NCBI GenBank assembly: GCA_041690135.1
Contig: JAWLHY010000003.1
Coordinates: 160,001-224,000 of the forward strand
Source of the DNA: Armatimonadota bacterium
GTDB taxonomy: Bacteria > Armatimonadota > SYMT01
Direction: 5' to 3'
Length of the DNA stretch: 64,000 nucleotides
The position numbers and the translations under genes are program-made. Of the stretch, positions 8,777 to 18,409 are shown piece after piece. The stretch's first letter is position 1, and the number at the start of each line of letters is the position of its first letter. Under the pieces are notes generated by a model. The model worked only from the letters and a program-made list of their open reading frames with translations. It was not told the DNA's origin and made no database searches.

Positions 8777-10807
8777 ATGTCTCCCGCGATCCGGTCCGGA
8801 GCGCCTACCGGTTCCACGCGCGCGCTCCTTGCCGAGTTGCAGCGTTCTCTGCCGGCGCAGGAAATCCCTTTGAAAGCACCCGTGGCCGGTGGCCCCGGCG
8901 AGCACCGAGCCGACGAGCATTTGCGCCACGTGATGGAAACCCTGCCGGAAGGCGTGTGGTCGATCGGTTTGCCGGGCCTCGAACTCCTCTGCGCTAATGC
9001 CGCGATCGAGCGTATTTTCGGATACTCGCGCGCCGAGTTCTACCGGAATCCTCACCTGTGGCTGGAGACGATCCACCCCGAGGACCGGAAGAATCTGGGG
9101 ACGAGCTTTCGAGAGCTGCTTCGCGACGGTCAGGGCGAGTTCGAGTTTCTTGGAATCCGCGCCGACGGCGAACTCCGCCGCTTACGATCCCGGACCTGGT
9201 GTGTTCGGGACGAGCACGGCCGGCTCCTCCGGATCGATGGTATCACCACGGAAGTTCGCACTCCCGGGCCGGGTGAACCGGGGCTCCGGAACAGCGCCCG
9301 CCAGCTTCGCCGGCTGATCGACCACGCCGCCGATACCCTTTTCATTCACGACCGCGAGGGACGCATCTTCGACGTCAACGAGCAGGCATGCCGCAGTCTC
9401 GGCTACACGCGAGTGGAACTCCTGAGCCTGCATGTCGAACAGATCGAAGTGGGGACCGGAGCGGACGAACTCCACCGTCTCTGGCGAACCGCCGGCCGGG
9501 ATATCCCCATGACCTTGCAGGGAACCCACCGGCGCAAAGACGGAACGACCTTTCCGGTAGAGGTCCGCCTGAGCCGCCTGAATGCGGAGGACGACACCTT
9601 TTTCGTGGTCGTGGCTCGCGATGTTTCGGAGCGCCGGCACCTGGAGGAGCAGTTGCGGCAGTCCCAGAAGATGGAGGCGGTGGGGCGGCTGGCCGGGGGC
9701 GTGGCGCACGACTTCAACAACATGCTGGCCGTGATCAACGGCTACAGTCATCTGCTACTCCAGATGCCGGAGACTCCCGAAACGGTCCGGCAGCACGTCG
9801 CACAGATCGCCCAGGCCGGCGAGCGGGCGGCCTCGCTCACCCGGCAACTCCTGGCGTTCAGCCGCCGCCAGGTTGTGAATCCTCGCCCCCTCGATCTGAT
9901 CGAGACGGTGCAGAACCTCCGACGCATGCTCGACCGGCTGATCGGGGAGGACGTGCGCCTGGCCGTCGAATGCGTGCCCGAGACGGGCCGGATCCTGGCG
10001 GACCCGAGCCAGATCGAGCAGGTGTTGATGAACCTGGTCGTGAACGGGCGGGATGCCATGCCCCAAGGGGGCAGCATCACGATTCGCACCCGGAATGTGC
10101 CGGCGGGCGAAGGACCCTCCGTGGCGCGGGAAGCGGCCGCGGGATGGGTGGCGCTCTCGGTGGCGGATTCCGGAGTCGGCATGGATCCGGAAACCGTCAC
10201 CCGCATCTTCGAACCGTTCTTCACGACGAAACCGGCGGGCCAGGGTACGGGGCTCGGTCTCGCGACTGTGTACGGCATCGTGTGCCAGAACGGGGGCGAG
10301 ATCGAAGTTGCCACGGACGTGGGAAAGGGGACGACGTTCACGATCTACCTTCCCAGGCTGGCGGGGGGCGGTGAGGCGAGCGAAGCGGCGGATCCCACCG
10401 CGGATAGTCACCGGGGAGCCGAGACCGTGCTGGTCGTGGAGGACGATCCCCTGGTGTGTCGCATCGCGGAAAGCGCCCTGCGAAGCGCCGGTTACGCCGT
10501 GCTGTCGGTGGGATCGGGACCCGAGGCTCTGGAGCTACTCTCCACATTCTCCTGCGATCCGGACCTGGTACTCACCGACGTGGTGATGCCGGAAATGAGC
10601 GGAGGCGAGCTGGCGGAGGAACTGGCCCGGCGGCGGCCCGACCTCCCCATCCTGTTCATGTCCGGGTACAACGAAGACTTCATCCTGGCCCAGGGGCTGC
10701 GCGCCGGCCAGGTGGAACTCCTGTCCAAGCCGTTCACCCCGCTGGAACTGGCCCGGAAGGTACGGGCCATGCTCGACCGGCGGCACCATGCGCGGTCCGT
10801 TGCGTAA
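8777..10807 (+). CDS. Hybrid PAS histidine kinase/response regulator (CckA-like architecture)
   Basis: QSQKMEAVGRLAGGVAHDFNN, FEPFFTTK, GTGLGL, C-terminal REC (VEDD..LTDVVMP..KPF). Confidence 0.95.
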   Translation: MSPAIRSGAPTGSTRALLAELQRSLPAQEIPLKAPVAGGPGEHRADEHLRHVMETLPEGVWSIGLPGLELLCANAAIERIFGYSRAEFYRNPHLWLETIHPEDRKNLGTSFRELLRDGQGEFEFLGIRADGELRRLRSRTWCVRDEHGRLLRIDGITTEVRTPGPGEPGLRNSARQLRRLIDHAADTLFIHDREGRIFDVNEQACRSLGYTRVELLSLHVEQIEVGTGADELHRLWRTAGRDIPMTLQGTHRRKDGTTFPVEVRLSRLNAEDDTFFVVVARDVSERRHLEEQLRQSQKMEAVGRLAGGVAHDFNNMLAVINGYSHLLLQMPETPETVRQHVAQIAQAGERAASLTRQLLAFSRRQVVNPRPLDLIETVQNLRRMLDRLIGEDVRLAVECVPETGRILADPSQIEQVLMNLVVNGRDAMPQGGSITIRTRNVPAGEGPSVAREAAAGWVALSVADSGVGMDPETVTRIFEPFFTTKPAGQGTGLGLATVYGIVCQNGGEIEVATDVGKGTTFTIYLPRLAGGGEASEAADPTADSHRGAETVLVVEDDPLVCRIAESALRSAGYAVLSVGSGPEALELLSTFSCDPDLVLTDVVMPEMSGGELAEELARRRPDLPILFMSGYNEDFILAQGLRAGQVELLSKPFTPLELARKVRAMLDRRHHARSVA

Positions 10808-10929
10808 GTTTGTTCTTCAGAATCCGTCGCCAACGGTCGAACGGGTGGGTGTCGCGGCCGGAGAAAGTAGCGGAAACGCCGCGGCTTCGGACGGTCCGGC
10901 GGCTAGCACTGCCCCGTGAGGAAACTCGA

Positions 10930-11376
10930 ATGGATCCCTGGGACCTGATCATCCTTAGAAACGAGCGGCTGGACACGCTGCAGGAGACGGTCCGCGCACG
11001 CTGCGGTGAGGGCTGGCGCCTGATGTGTCTGGTCGCGCGGGTCCACAGCCGCACCGGCTCTTCCCCGGAGTGCGGCCAGGTGGGCCCCCCCTTCGTGGCC
11101 GTCCTCCAGAAGGGCGCGGAGGGCGGGCCCGGGATCGCGCCTCCGCTCCAGGTACTCCGAGATCCTGCGCCCGGCAGCGACGCCGAAGTGGAGTGCATCA
11201 GCCGGGAGGCGGAACGCCTGGCGCGAGAAGGCCAGTTCGCCCGGGGTTACACGCTGTTGCTGCAGGGCTTGGACGTGGCCAGATTCGAGTGCGGCGAGGG
11301 CGATTCGGCCACGGTCTCCCTCTGGCAAGCGGCGCTCGAAGACTTCTGCCGCCGCCATGCCGGCTGGCTCACGTAA
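10930..11376 (+). CDS. Hypothetical protein
   Basis: GAGG RBS before ATG 10930; protein-like composition; fills the gap before marR. Confidence 0.55.
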   Translation: MDPWDLIILRNERLDTLQETVRARCGEGWRLMCLVARVHSRTGSSPECGQVGPPFVAVLQKGAEGGPGIAPPLQVLRDPAPGSDAEVECISREAERLAREGQFARGYTLLLQGLDVARFECGEGDSATVSLWQAALEDFCRRHAGWLT

Positions 11377-11396
11377 CGCGAGCTAATTTCTGTAGA

Positions 11397-11429
11397 AACA
11401 GTTTACACGTGAATTATTCGGCGTATAAT
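11397..11429 (+). promoter_or_regulatory. sigma70-type promoter of marR overlapped by a palindromic operator
   Basis: TTTACA-16-TATAAT; operator AACAGTTTAC-AC-GTGAATTATT at 11397-11418. Confidence 0.75.
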
Positions 11430-11435
11430 AGAGAC

Positions 11436-11879
11436 GTGAGCAAGAGTTATGACTACCGGGGCAGCCGGACCATGCAGTTACTCCGGTCGCTGGTCGAAGC
11501 GCACCGCAGCGTCATCGAGGCGGACGACGCGCAGATCGAGAGCTATGGGCTCTCTTCCTGTGAGTTCGACTGCCTGGTGACCCTGGGAGTGGCACAGCCG
11601 CTGCGGATGTGCGACCTGGCCAGTCAGTCGCTGATGACGAAAAGCCATACCACCCAGGTAATGAAAGCATTGGAACGACGGGGTTTGGTACGGCGGGAGC
11701 GGAGCCCGGAGAGCGACCGGGAGGTACTGGCTTCGCTAACGGCGGAAGGGGAGACCTTGTTCGAACGGATCTATCCGCTCCACTACCACTGGCTTACGGC
11801 GCTTTTTGGAGAACGCCTTTCCGACGAGGAACAACAGGAGCTAACCGGCCTTTTGCGCAAACTGGCGGATGGCGGGTAG
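11436..11879 (+). CDS. MarR family transcriptional regulator
   Basis: GLS..EFD.L..L, LA...TQVMKALERRGLVRR..S..DRE wHTH signature. GTG lies 6 nt after the -10. Confidence 0.9.
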   Translation: MSKSYDYRGSRTMQLLRSLVEAHRSVIEADDAQIESYGLSSCEFDCLVTLGVAQPLRMCDLASQSLMTKSHTTQVMKALERRGLVRRERSPESDREVLASLTAEGETLFERIYPLHYHWLTALFGERLSDEEQQELTGLLRKLADGG

Positions 11880-11896
11880 CGCTTTTCTTTTGGGAC

Positions 11897-11918
11897 AACA
11901 GTTCACCAGTGAATTGTT
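11897..11918. promoter_or_regulatory. Second copy of the putative MarR operator, upstream of doxX
   Basis: AACAGTTCAC-CA-GTGAATTGTT, near-identical to 11397-11418. Confidence 0.75.
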
Positions 11919-11942
11919 CTTGATTGAACTAGGAGAAGACCG

Positions 11943-12470
11943 ATGACTGCGGAACGAACGACAGGATGGGAAACGGCTCGGGATCTGGGTTACCTGGCCT
12001 TGCGTGCTACCCTGGGGGTAATCTTTATGGCCCACGGGGCGCAGAAGCTGTTCGGCTGGTTCGGGGGCTACGGCTGGAACGCCACGCTCGATTACTTCGC
12101 GACCCAGATGGGCGTGCCGGCGCCGCTGGGCGCGCTGGCCATTCTGACAGAGTTTTTCGGAGGCGCGGCGGTGCTGTTGGGCGTCTTCAGCCGGCTGGCT
12201 GCGTTGGGGCTGGCGGTCACGATGGTGGTCGCGGCTGCGAAGGCGCACCTGGCCAACGGCTTCTTTATCAACTGGACCAACGCGGCGGGCCAGGGCCACG
12301 GCATCGAAATGAACCTGGCGCTGTTCGGAATGGCCCTGCTGGTGCTTCTCGCCGGTCCGGGCCGATGGGCCGTAGCCGGCGACACGGAACGGGTCCTGGC
12401 GGATCGCCTGGGTAGTCAACCCGAAGCGGGTGACCCGAAGCCGGCCGTCGCAGGCGGCGCCACTGCCTGA
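11943..12470 (+). CDS. DoxX family membrane protein
   Basis: LRATLGVIFMAHGAQKLFGWFGG, EFFGG, GIEMNL, GPGRWAV; AGGAG RBS. Confidence 0.92.
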   Translation: MTAERTTGWETARDLGYLALRATLGVIFMAHGAQKLFGWFGGYGWNATLDYFATQMGVPAPLGALAILTEFFGGAAVLLGVFSRLAALGLAVTMVVAAAKAHLANGFFINWTNAAGQGHGIEMNLALFGMALLVLLAGPGRWAVAGDTERVLADRLGSQPEAGDPKPAVAGGATA

Positions 12471-12550
12471 CGTCCCGGAGTTCCGGTCCCCAGGGCGGGC
12501 CCTGACCAGCAGGTGCCCGCCCTGGGCTGCGTACCTGGCCCCGGAAACTT

Positions 12551-13168
12551 TCAGTAGCGGTAGGGGGGATAGGGATATCCCGCTTCCGCGGGCGTGCGCA
12601 GCTCATTCAGGTCCGCGAGCCACTCTCCCAGCACCCGCGCGAGCTCGGCATTCCCCCGGACCTCCCACCGCTCGTCCCGCACCGGGCGCTCCCCCAGGGC
12701 CGTTCCCAGGCCGTCCGGGTGTTCCAGGTGCCACGGGGCCAACTCGATGTAGCGCAGGTGATAAGTCCGCGCCGAGGTCTCCCCGGCCCCTCCCGCCTGC
12801 CGCATCTCCTGCCAGCCCTCCAGGAGCTGCTCCAGGCCCTGGTGCGTCCATACCACCGGCTCGACGTAGATCCAGGCGGTGGGGAAGTGATGCGTGTTGC
12901 GTAATGCGTAATGGGAACCGGCTGGGGCAGGAGTGAGTTCGGTGTTCGGGTGTTCGGTGTTCGGGTGTTTGGTGTTCGGGTGTTTGGTGTTCAGGCCCTC
13001 AGTTGGGTGTAGAGCCTGGGCAAGGGGCGGTGGGAGTTGGGAGGCTGTGGCGGTGGGGGTTGCCGCCGGCACAGGGGAGGCGGCAGCCGGTGACAGCTTA
13101 CCGGAGACCCGGGCGGCGACCGCCCCTCCCAGCCGAAGACGGTTAGTGACCTTGAGAGGCAGGGTCAT
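12551..13168 (-). CDS. Hypothetical protein with a low-complexity N-terminal half and in-frame DNA repeats
   Basis: Globular-looking C-terminal ~110 aa; begins 15 nt after the NHL gene stop. Start is uncertain. Confidence 0.45.
   Translation of the reverse strand: MTLPLKVTNRLRLGGAVAARVSGKLSPAAASPVPAATPTATASQLPPPLAQALHPTEGLNTKHPNTKHPNTEHPNTELTPAPAGSHYALRNTHHFPTAWIYVEPVVWTHQGLEQLLEGWQEMRQAGGAGETSARTYHLRYIELAPWHLEHPDGLGTALGERPVRDERWEVRGNAELARVLGEWLADLNELRTPAEAGYPYPPYRY
12940..12992. repeat. 15-bp tandem repeat GGTGTTCGGGTGTT(C/T), ~3.5 copies
   Basis: Read directly; encodes (NT[K/E]HP)n on the minus strand. Confidence 0.85.
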
Positions 13169-13183
13169 GATCCGTAATTGGAC

Positions 13184-14269
13184 CTATCGAACCGGATTCA
13201 CGCGAATCCGGTGGTTGTTGGTGTCGCCGGTGTAGAGGTTGCCCTTCGCATCGACCCAGCACCCGTGCGGCCGGCCCATGCCCGCCTGGGTGGCGGGACC
13301 GCCGTCGCCGTCCGAGCCCGCGTGGCCGCCCGCGACCGTGGTGATGACGTTGCTTTGGGTATCGATCCGCCGCACGCACTGGTTCTCGGTATCCACGATG
13401 TAGACGTGATTGTCCGGCCCGACATGGATCCACTTGGGACCGTTGAACGTCGCGGCTGCCGCCGGGCCCCCGTCTCCCGTGTAACCCTTCTTCCCGTTAC
13501 CGGCGATGGTCCGGATGATGTGCGTCTTCGGATCGACCCGGCGGATGCGATTGCCCTCGCGCTCGCAGATGTACATGGTGCCGTCCCTGGCGAAGGCCAC
13601 GCCGCGGGCGCCCTGGATGCCGGCCTCCCCCACCGGTCCGCCATCCCCGGTGAACTCGCGCTTTCCGGTTCCCGCCACCGTGTTGATAATCCCCGTCTTC
13701 GCATCCACCTTGCGGATCCGGTTATCGGTCACGTCGGCGATGTAGAGGTTCCCGTCGGGATCGAAGTCGAGCGCGTTCGGCTCCTTCATCATTGCCTGGG
13801 TGGCCGGACCCCCGTCTCCGCCGTAGCCTTTCTGGCCGTTTCCGGCATACGTGCTCATGGTGCCGGTCTTCGCGTCCACGCGCCGGATCACCTGGTTCAG
13901 GCGGTCGACGATGAACAGGTTCCCATCCCGGTCCGGCAGCACCCCGTAGGGTTCATTCATCGTGGCCCGGGTGGCGGGACCGCCGTCGCCGGAGTACCCC
14001 TTCTGGCCGTTGCCGGCGACCGTGGTGATGACGCCGGTCTTGCCGTCCACCTTGCGGATGCAATGGTTGAAGGTGTCCGCAATGTAGAGGTGGCCGTGCC
14101 GGTCCATGCTGCAGTGGAACGGCTGGTTCAACGTGGCCTGGGTCGCGGGCCCGCCGTCCCCCGAATACCCCTGCGCCCCCGTTCCCGCATAGGCCCGGAT
14201 GATCCCCGGGCTCTGGGCCGCCGCGCTCGTCGCGAGTAATGCCCCCAGTAGAGCTGCCGCCTTCCGCAT
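13184..14269 (-). CDS. Secreted NHL-repeat beta-propeller protein
   Basis: Signal peptide MRKAAALLGALLATSAAAQ; repeated AG.G..GYSGDGGPAT.A...P....D..GNLYIAD..N..IRKVD. Confidence 0.93.
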   Translation of the reverse strand: MRKAAALLGALLATSAAAQSPGIIRAYAGTGAQGYSGDGGPATQATLNQPFHCSMDRHGHLYIADTFNHCIRKVDGKTGVITTVAGNGQKGYSGDGGPATRATMNEPYGVLPDRDGNLFIVDRLNQVIRRVDAKTGTMSTYAGNGQKGYGGDGGPATQAMMKEPNALDFDPDGNLYIADVTDNRIRKVDAKTGIINTVAGTGKREFTGDGGPVGEAGIQGARGVAFARDGTMYICEREGNRIRRVDPKTHIIRTIAGNGKKGYTGDGGPAAAATFNGPKWIHVGPDNHVYIVDTENQCVRRIDTQSNVITTVAGGHAGSDGDGGPATQAGMGRPHGCWVDAKGNLYTGDTNNHRIRVNPVR

Positions 14270-14405
14270 GACCGATCTTCTCCTCCCAACCGTTCGATAA
14301 CGCATTCCGGGCTTTCGTTCGCCGCGTGCACCGCAGGTGCCTCCGCGTTAGCAGAAGGCAGTGGGCAGAAGGCAGTCGGCAGATGGCGGTAGGCAGAAGG
14401 CAGAA

Positions 14406-14464
14406 GTAGGGCGGAGGCTCCGTCCCCGCCTGCCTTTGGACTTGCACCGGTGCTGCCGTGTGGG
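14406..14464 (+). repeat. GTAG-type REP-like element, family A copy 1
   Basis: GTAGGGCGGAGGCTCCGTCCCCGCC...GGACTTGCACCGGT..TGCCGTGTGG; further copies at 18250 and 62833. Confidence 0.8.
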
Positions 14465-14677
14465 ACCCCACGTACGCAGATGGAATGCGGACCCGCAAGG
14501 CATACAACTCACTGGTGCGTTCCAGGTGCGCCGGCGCCAACCCTCCGCCTCGCGTGGCCCATCCATTCGCCCAATTCGCCCAATTCGCGGATCGTTCCAT
14601 TCGCGGACCCGGGTTTCACTTCCGGCTCCTGCCAGAATAACCATCCTGGGATGGCTCCCCGAGACGCCTGCGAAACC

Positions 14678-15193
14678 ATGACTGCATCCAACCGCGAAAG
14701 CCTTCGGCCCGTACAGGGAGCGGACCGCTCCCTTCGCCGGCGGCTGACGCTGAAAGACGAGTTGCTGCTGGCCGTGTTACCGACGGTGACGATCCTGCTG
14801 GTGCTCGCCATGGTCGAGGTGCTGACGGAGCAGCGCTTGCTTTTCGCTTCCCTGGCTTCCAGCGCGTTTCTCATCTACCTCGACCCACAGCACGGCACCA
14901 ACTCCGTGCGGACCCTGGTCCTTTCGCAGATGAGCGCTGCCGTCATCGGCCTGCTGGCCTACGTCATCCTGGGCCCCGGCTACGCTTCCGGCGGGTTGGC
15001 CATGGTGGTCACGATCGTCCTGCTCATCGTCCTCGACGCCGTGCACCCGCCCGCCATCTCCACGGCCCTCGGCTTCGCCTTCCGCGCCGGCGATCAGAGC
15101 AACCTGGTCCTGTTCAGCCTCGCCGTGGCGATCACGGCCGCGCTGGTGCTGATGGAGCAAGCCGCTCTCTGGCTCCTCGCCCGTCGCTCCTGA
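14678..15193 (+). CDS. HPP family membrane protein
   Basis: LFASLASSAFLIY, VHPPAISTAL motif, several TM helices. Confidence 0.88.
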   Translation: MTASNRESLRPVQGADRSLRRRLTLKDELLLAVLPTVTILLVLAMVEVLTEQRLLFASLASSAFLIYLDPQHGTNSVRTLVLSQMSAAVIGLLAYVILGPGYASGGLAMVVTIVLLIVLDAVHPPAISTALGFAFRAGDQSNLVLFSLAVAITAALVLMEQAALWLLARRS

Positions 15194-15194
15194 C

Positions 15195-16883
15195 CTAATC
15201 CGCCATGCGCGGTTGGGCGCGGGGCTTGTTGAAGTTGCTGTCGGCGTTCCAGGTGGGGAGCCCCGGCTGGTTGGCGACGTGCAAGCCTAGAAGGAAGGCG
15301 ACCTGGGTGTGACGCCGCATCCCTTCCCAGCTCCAGGTAGGGTCGAAGCCGTCTTCCACCTGGTGGTAGATGGTGCGGAGCTTCTCCTGGTGGACCTTCT
15401 TCACCCGGGCCGGCTCGATGTCCTCATACTCGTTCCCCCACCGGAGGAAAAGGGAAGGCACACCGGCCTGGACGAAGCTGAACTGGTCGGAGCGGACGAA
15501 GGTCCCCAGTTCGGGGGTCGGGTCGGGGCCCACCTTCATCCCCAGCTCGCGGGCCACCACCTCGGCGGTCCGCTGTAGCGAGCTGTGCTCCACCCCCAGG
15601 GCGTTGAAGTCCTTGGGCACCCCGAAGATCTCCGTCATGTCCAGGTTGATGTTCGCGGCCGTCTGGGCGATCGGGAAGGCGGGGTCGGCAACGTAATGGC
15701 GGGAGCCCAGGAGACCATGTTCCTCGCCTGTTACCAGCAGGAAAAGGACGGAGCGCTTGGGGCGGGCTTCCTTCGGCAAGTTGCTGAAGGTGCGCGCCAC
15801 CTCCAGCACGCCGGCCGTGCCGCTGGCGTTGTCCCAGGCGCCATTGAAGATCTTGTCTTCCTTGTCTCCCCCGGTGCCCACGTGGTCGTAGTGCGCGGAA
15901 TAGACGACGACCTGCTTCTTCAACTCCGGATCGCTGCCTTCCAGGTAACCGGCCACGTTGGGCGCCCGGAACGGCTCCCGGTGTACGCTCACCTCCACCC
16001 GCAACTTACCGGGCAGGGGGAAGCCCTTGACGGCTCCCTTTTCGGCTTGCTCGTCCACCTGCGGGAACGAGAGCGGCGCTCCCTGGAAAAGCTTCTCCGC
16101 GCCGTCCGCGCGCATCAACAGGGTGGGAAAACCGTTCACCCGTGCGCGGGCCAGGGTGATGACGGACCGCACCTGGCCGGCCCGGGCCCGATCCCAGCTG
16201 AACTTCGGAGCACGACTCGACGTCAACAGGGTGACGACGCCCACCGCGCCTCGCTCGCGCGCCTGCTGGATCTTATACGATCCGAGCGCGTACTTCGTGT
16301 CCTTGTCTCCGTCAAAGAACGCGGGATCGCTGGAAGGCGGCTCTCCGGAGAGCAAAACAACGAGCTTCCCTTTTGCGTCTAAACCATTGTAGTCATCGTG
16401 CTTGAACTCGGGGGCGGTGATGCCGTAGCCGGCGAAGACCAGCGGCGCCTCCAGTTGTGCATCGGTGGTGGCGAAGCCGTTCAGGATGAAGTCGGTGCCG
16501 TAGGACAGGGTTTGGGACTGGCCGTCGCGACTTAGAAGGAGCTTTGAACGGTCCGCATCCTGACGGGAGCGCTCGAACGGCACCGGACGCAGGAAAGAAT
16601 CTCCTTCGCCGGCCGGTTTCAGGCGCATCGTTCGGAATTCTTTGGCGATATACTGAGCGGCCAGCTCACCGCCCGCCGTGCCGGTGTCTCGTCCCTGGAG
16701 TCGATCGTCCGCTAGATAACGGACATGCTCCCGGAGGCGATCGATGCTGACTTTATCCAGCGAGCGGCGGATGGCCGGAGTTACCAGCACCGGCTCCCCA
16801 GGTTGAGGGAACGCCTGGCGAGCCCCGAGGGTCAATCCGAGAGAAAGCGGCAGCAGAATTAAGCAGCGAGTGCGTCTGAACAT
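15195..16883 (-). CDS. Secreted M28 family aminopeptidase with PA domain
   Basis: SAHYDHVG, NGAWDNASG, TGEEHGLLGS, NINLDM, RSDQFSF, YHQVED. Confidence 0.93.
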   Translation of the reverse strand: MFRRTRCLILLPLSLGLTLGARQAFPQPGEPVLVTPAIRRSLDKVSIDRLREHVRYLADDRLQGRDTGTAGGELAAQYIAKEFRTMRLKPAGEGDSFLRPVPFERSRQDADRSKLLLSRDGQSQTLSYGTDFILNGFATTDAQLEAPLVFAGYGITAPEFKHDDYNGLDAKGKLVVLLSGEPPSSDPAFFDGDKDTKYALGSYKIQQARERGAVGVVTLLTSSRAPKFSWDRARAGQVRSVITLARARVNGFPTLLMRADGAEKLFQGAPLSFPQVDEQAEKGAVKGFPLPGKLRVEVSVHREPFRAPNVAGYLEGSDPELKKQVVVYSAHYDHVGTGGDKEDKIFNGAWDNASGTAGVLEVARTFSNLPKEARPKRSVLFLLVTGEEHGLLGSRHYVADPAFPIAQTAANINLDMTEIFGVPKDFNALGVEHSSLQRTAEVVARELGMKVGPDPTPELGTFVRSDQFSFVQAGVPSLFLRWGNEYEDIEPARVKKVHQEKLRTIYHQVEDGFDPTWSWEGMRRHTQVAFLLGLHVANQPGLPTWNADSNFNKPRAQPRMAD

Positions 16884-17070
16884 GGTATGGGAGTGTATGC
16901 GGGCGATCCGGGAATACTCAATGTCAGCGGATAATCCAACAGCTATGCGAGGAAGTATCCCGGGGAAGTTCCGCCGCTTTCGCCGTTTTTCCTGGATTCT
17001 ATCCCGGCGGGCCGGTCTTGAGAACCGGGTCCTGCGACCCGACAATGGGAACGGCAAGGAGGACGCGCCG

Positions 17071-18084
17071 ATGGACCGGCACACGTCGCCACAACCTGGG
17101 ATCCGCGGCGGGACCTTTCTCCTGCTGCTGGGTCTGGCCACTCTCACCCTGCCGGTGCCCGAAGCGCGGGCCGCGGCGCCTGCCCGGGAGACGGTGACCC
17201 GGCTGGCCCAGAAGTCTCGCTTCCGCCGTCCCTCTCCGGATGAGTTCCGGCAGATCTACGCCGCCCTGGCTGAAAAGGGATGGTCTTCAGCGATCCTAGC
17301 TCGGGTCCCCACCAGTTACACCGCCGGCGAGAGTGGGGTGCAGGTCGGCGATTACCAGGAAGCGGTCCTCCAGGGCAACGTGGATGAGGACGACCAGCCC
17401 GAATGGGTGTTGGGCCTTTACTTCCCCCTGCGCATGCCCGGAATGCCGGAAGCGGAAGAGACGCCCTTCAGCATGATGGCGCGGATGGACCCGGCGCGCG
17501 CGGCGCACGACGACCGCGCCAGTATCGTGGTCCTCAAGAAGGATACCTCCGGCCAACTGAAAGTTTCCTGGCGCAGCCCGGGCCTGGGCTTTGAGTTCGG
17601 CGCTCCCCGCTTCAATATGCGCGAGGTCGATCTCGGAATTGAGCCGCTCCGGAACCTCCGGACCGCCCTGGCGCTGGTGGACGTGGATGGGGACCGCCGC
17701 CTGGAGATCCAGTACAGCTGTTGGAGCCAGACCAGCAGCGTGGGACTGCTGCCAGGGGTCTACCGCTGGGACCGCAGCCGGTGGGTGAGCGTGGCGCCGC
17801 AGGCGGACCGCTTCTGTCTGCTGGATCTCAACCGGGATGGGAAACTGGAATTGGTGACCGGCTCCCGTCACATCGGTTACGGCATGGGCGACGACGACGT
17901 CCCGCGGGTGTGGCGGTGGAAAGACGGCCAGTACCAGGAAGCCAGTACGGAATTCCCCCGTTACTACGGAGCCCTGGCGCGTCGTTACCAGGATTACGTG
18001 CGCCGGTCGACCGAGCGTGGGGAGAAGGTTGACACGGCCGTGTGGGAGCGGGCCATCCAGAAGGCTACCAGTCTCTCTGGGTAG
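17071..18084 (+). CDS. Secreted hypothetical protein with FG-GAP/VCBS-like Ca-binding motifs
   Basis: AGGAGG RBS, signal peptide, DVDGDRRLEI and DLNRDGKLELV motifs. Confidence 0.7.
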   Translation: MDRHTSPQPGIRGGTFLLLLGLATLTLPVPEARAAAPARETVTRLAQKSRFRRPSPDEFRQIYAALAEKGWSSAILARVPTSYTAGESGVQVGDYQEAVLQGNVDEDDQPEWVLGLYFPLRMPGMPEAEETPFSMMARMDPARAAHDDRASIVVLKKDTSGQLKVSWRSPGLGFEFGAPRFNMREVDLGIEPLRNLRTALALVDVDGDRRLEIQYSCWSQTSSVGLLPGVYRWDRSRWVSVAPQADRFCLLDLNRDGKLELVTGSRHIGYGMGDDDVPRVWRWKDGQYQEASTEFPRYYGALARRYQDYVRRSTERGEKVDTAVWERAIQKATSLSG

Positions 18085-18249
18085 GCTGTGGCCTCTGATT
18101 CCAATAGGCGTAATCTCTGCAGCTACCGTGCGCTGGGTAACCTCCCCGAAAGTCTCCGGGGCAAGCCCCGCGCCCTACCCACGCCCGCGATGCGCAACGG
18201 GATGGGGCTCTTGGTGAGCGGAGCGTGTTCTGTCCTTGCACTCGCAGAA

Positions 18250-18306
18250 GTAGGGTGGGATCTCCGTCCCCGCCTGGCTGTGGACTTGCACCGGTCATGC
18301 CGTGTG
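18250..18306 (+). repeat. GTAG-type REP-like element, family A copy 2
   Basis: GTAGGGTGGGATCTCCGTCCCCGCC...GGACTTGCACCGGTCATGCCGTGTGG. Confidence 0.8.
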
Positions 18307-18409
18307 GAAGGGGGCTCCGGCACCCCGCGACGACAACCATGAACCTGCGACGGAATTGGTCCACAAGCGCACCGCCCTGACCCCTAATCCCCGGCCCCCA
18401 ACCCCCACC

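Noticed and set aside
13184-14269. Regular DNA repeats as a possible array
   Set aside because: Explained by NHL protein repeats.
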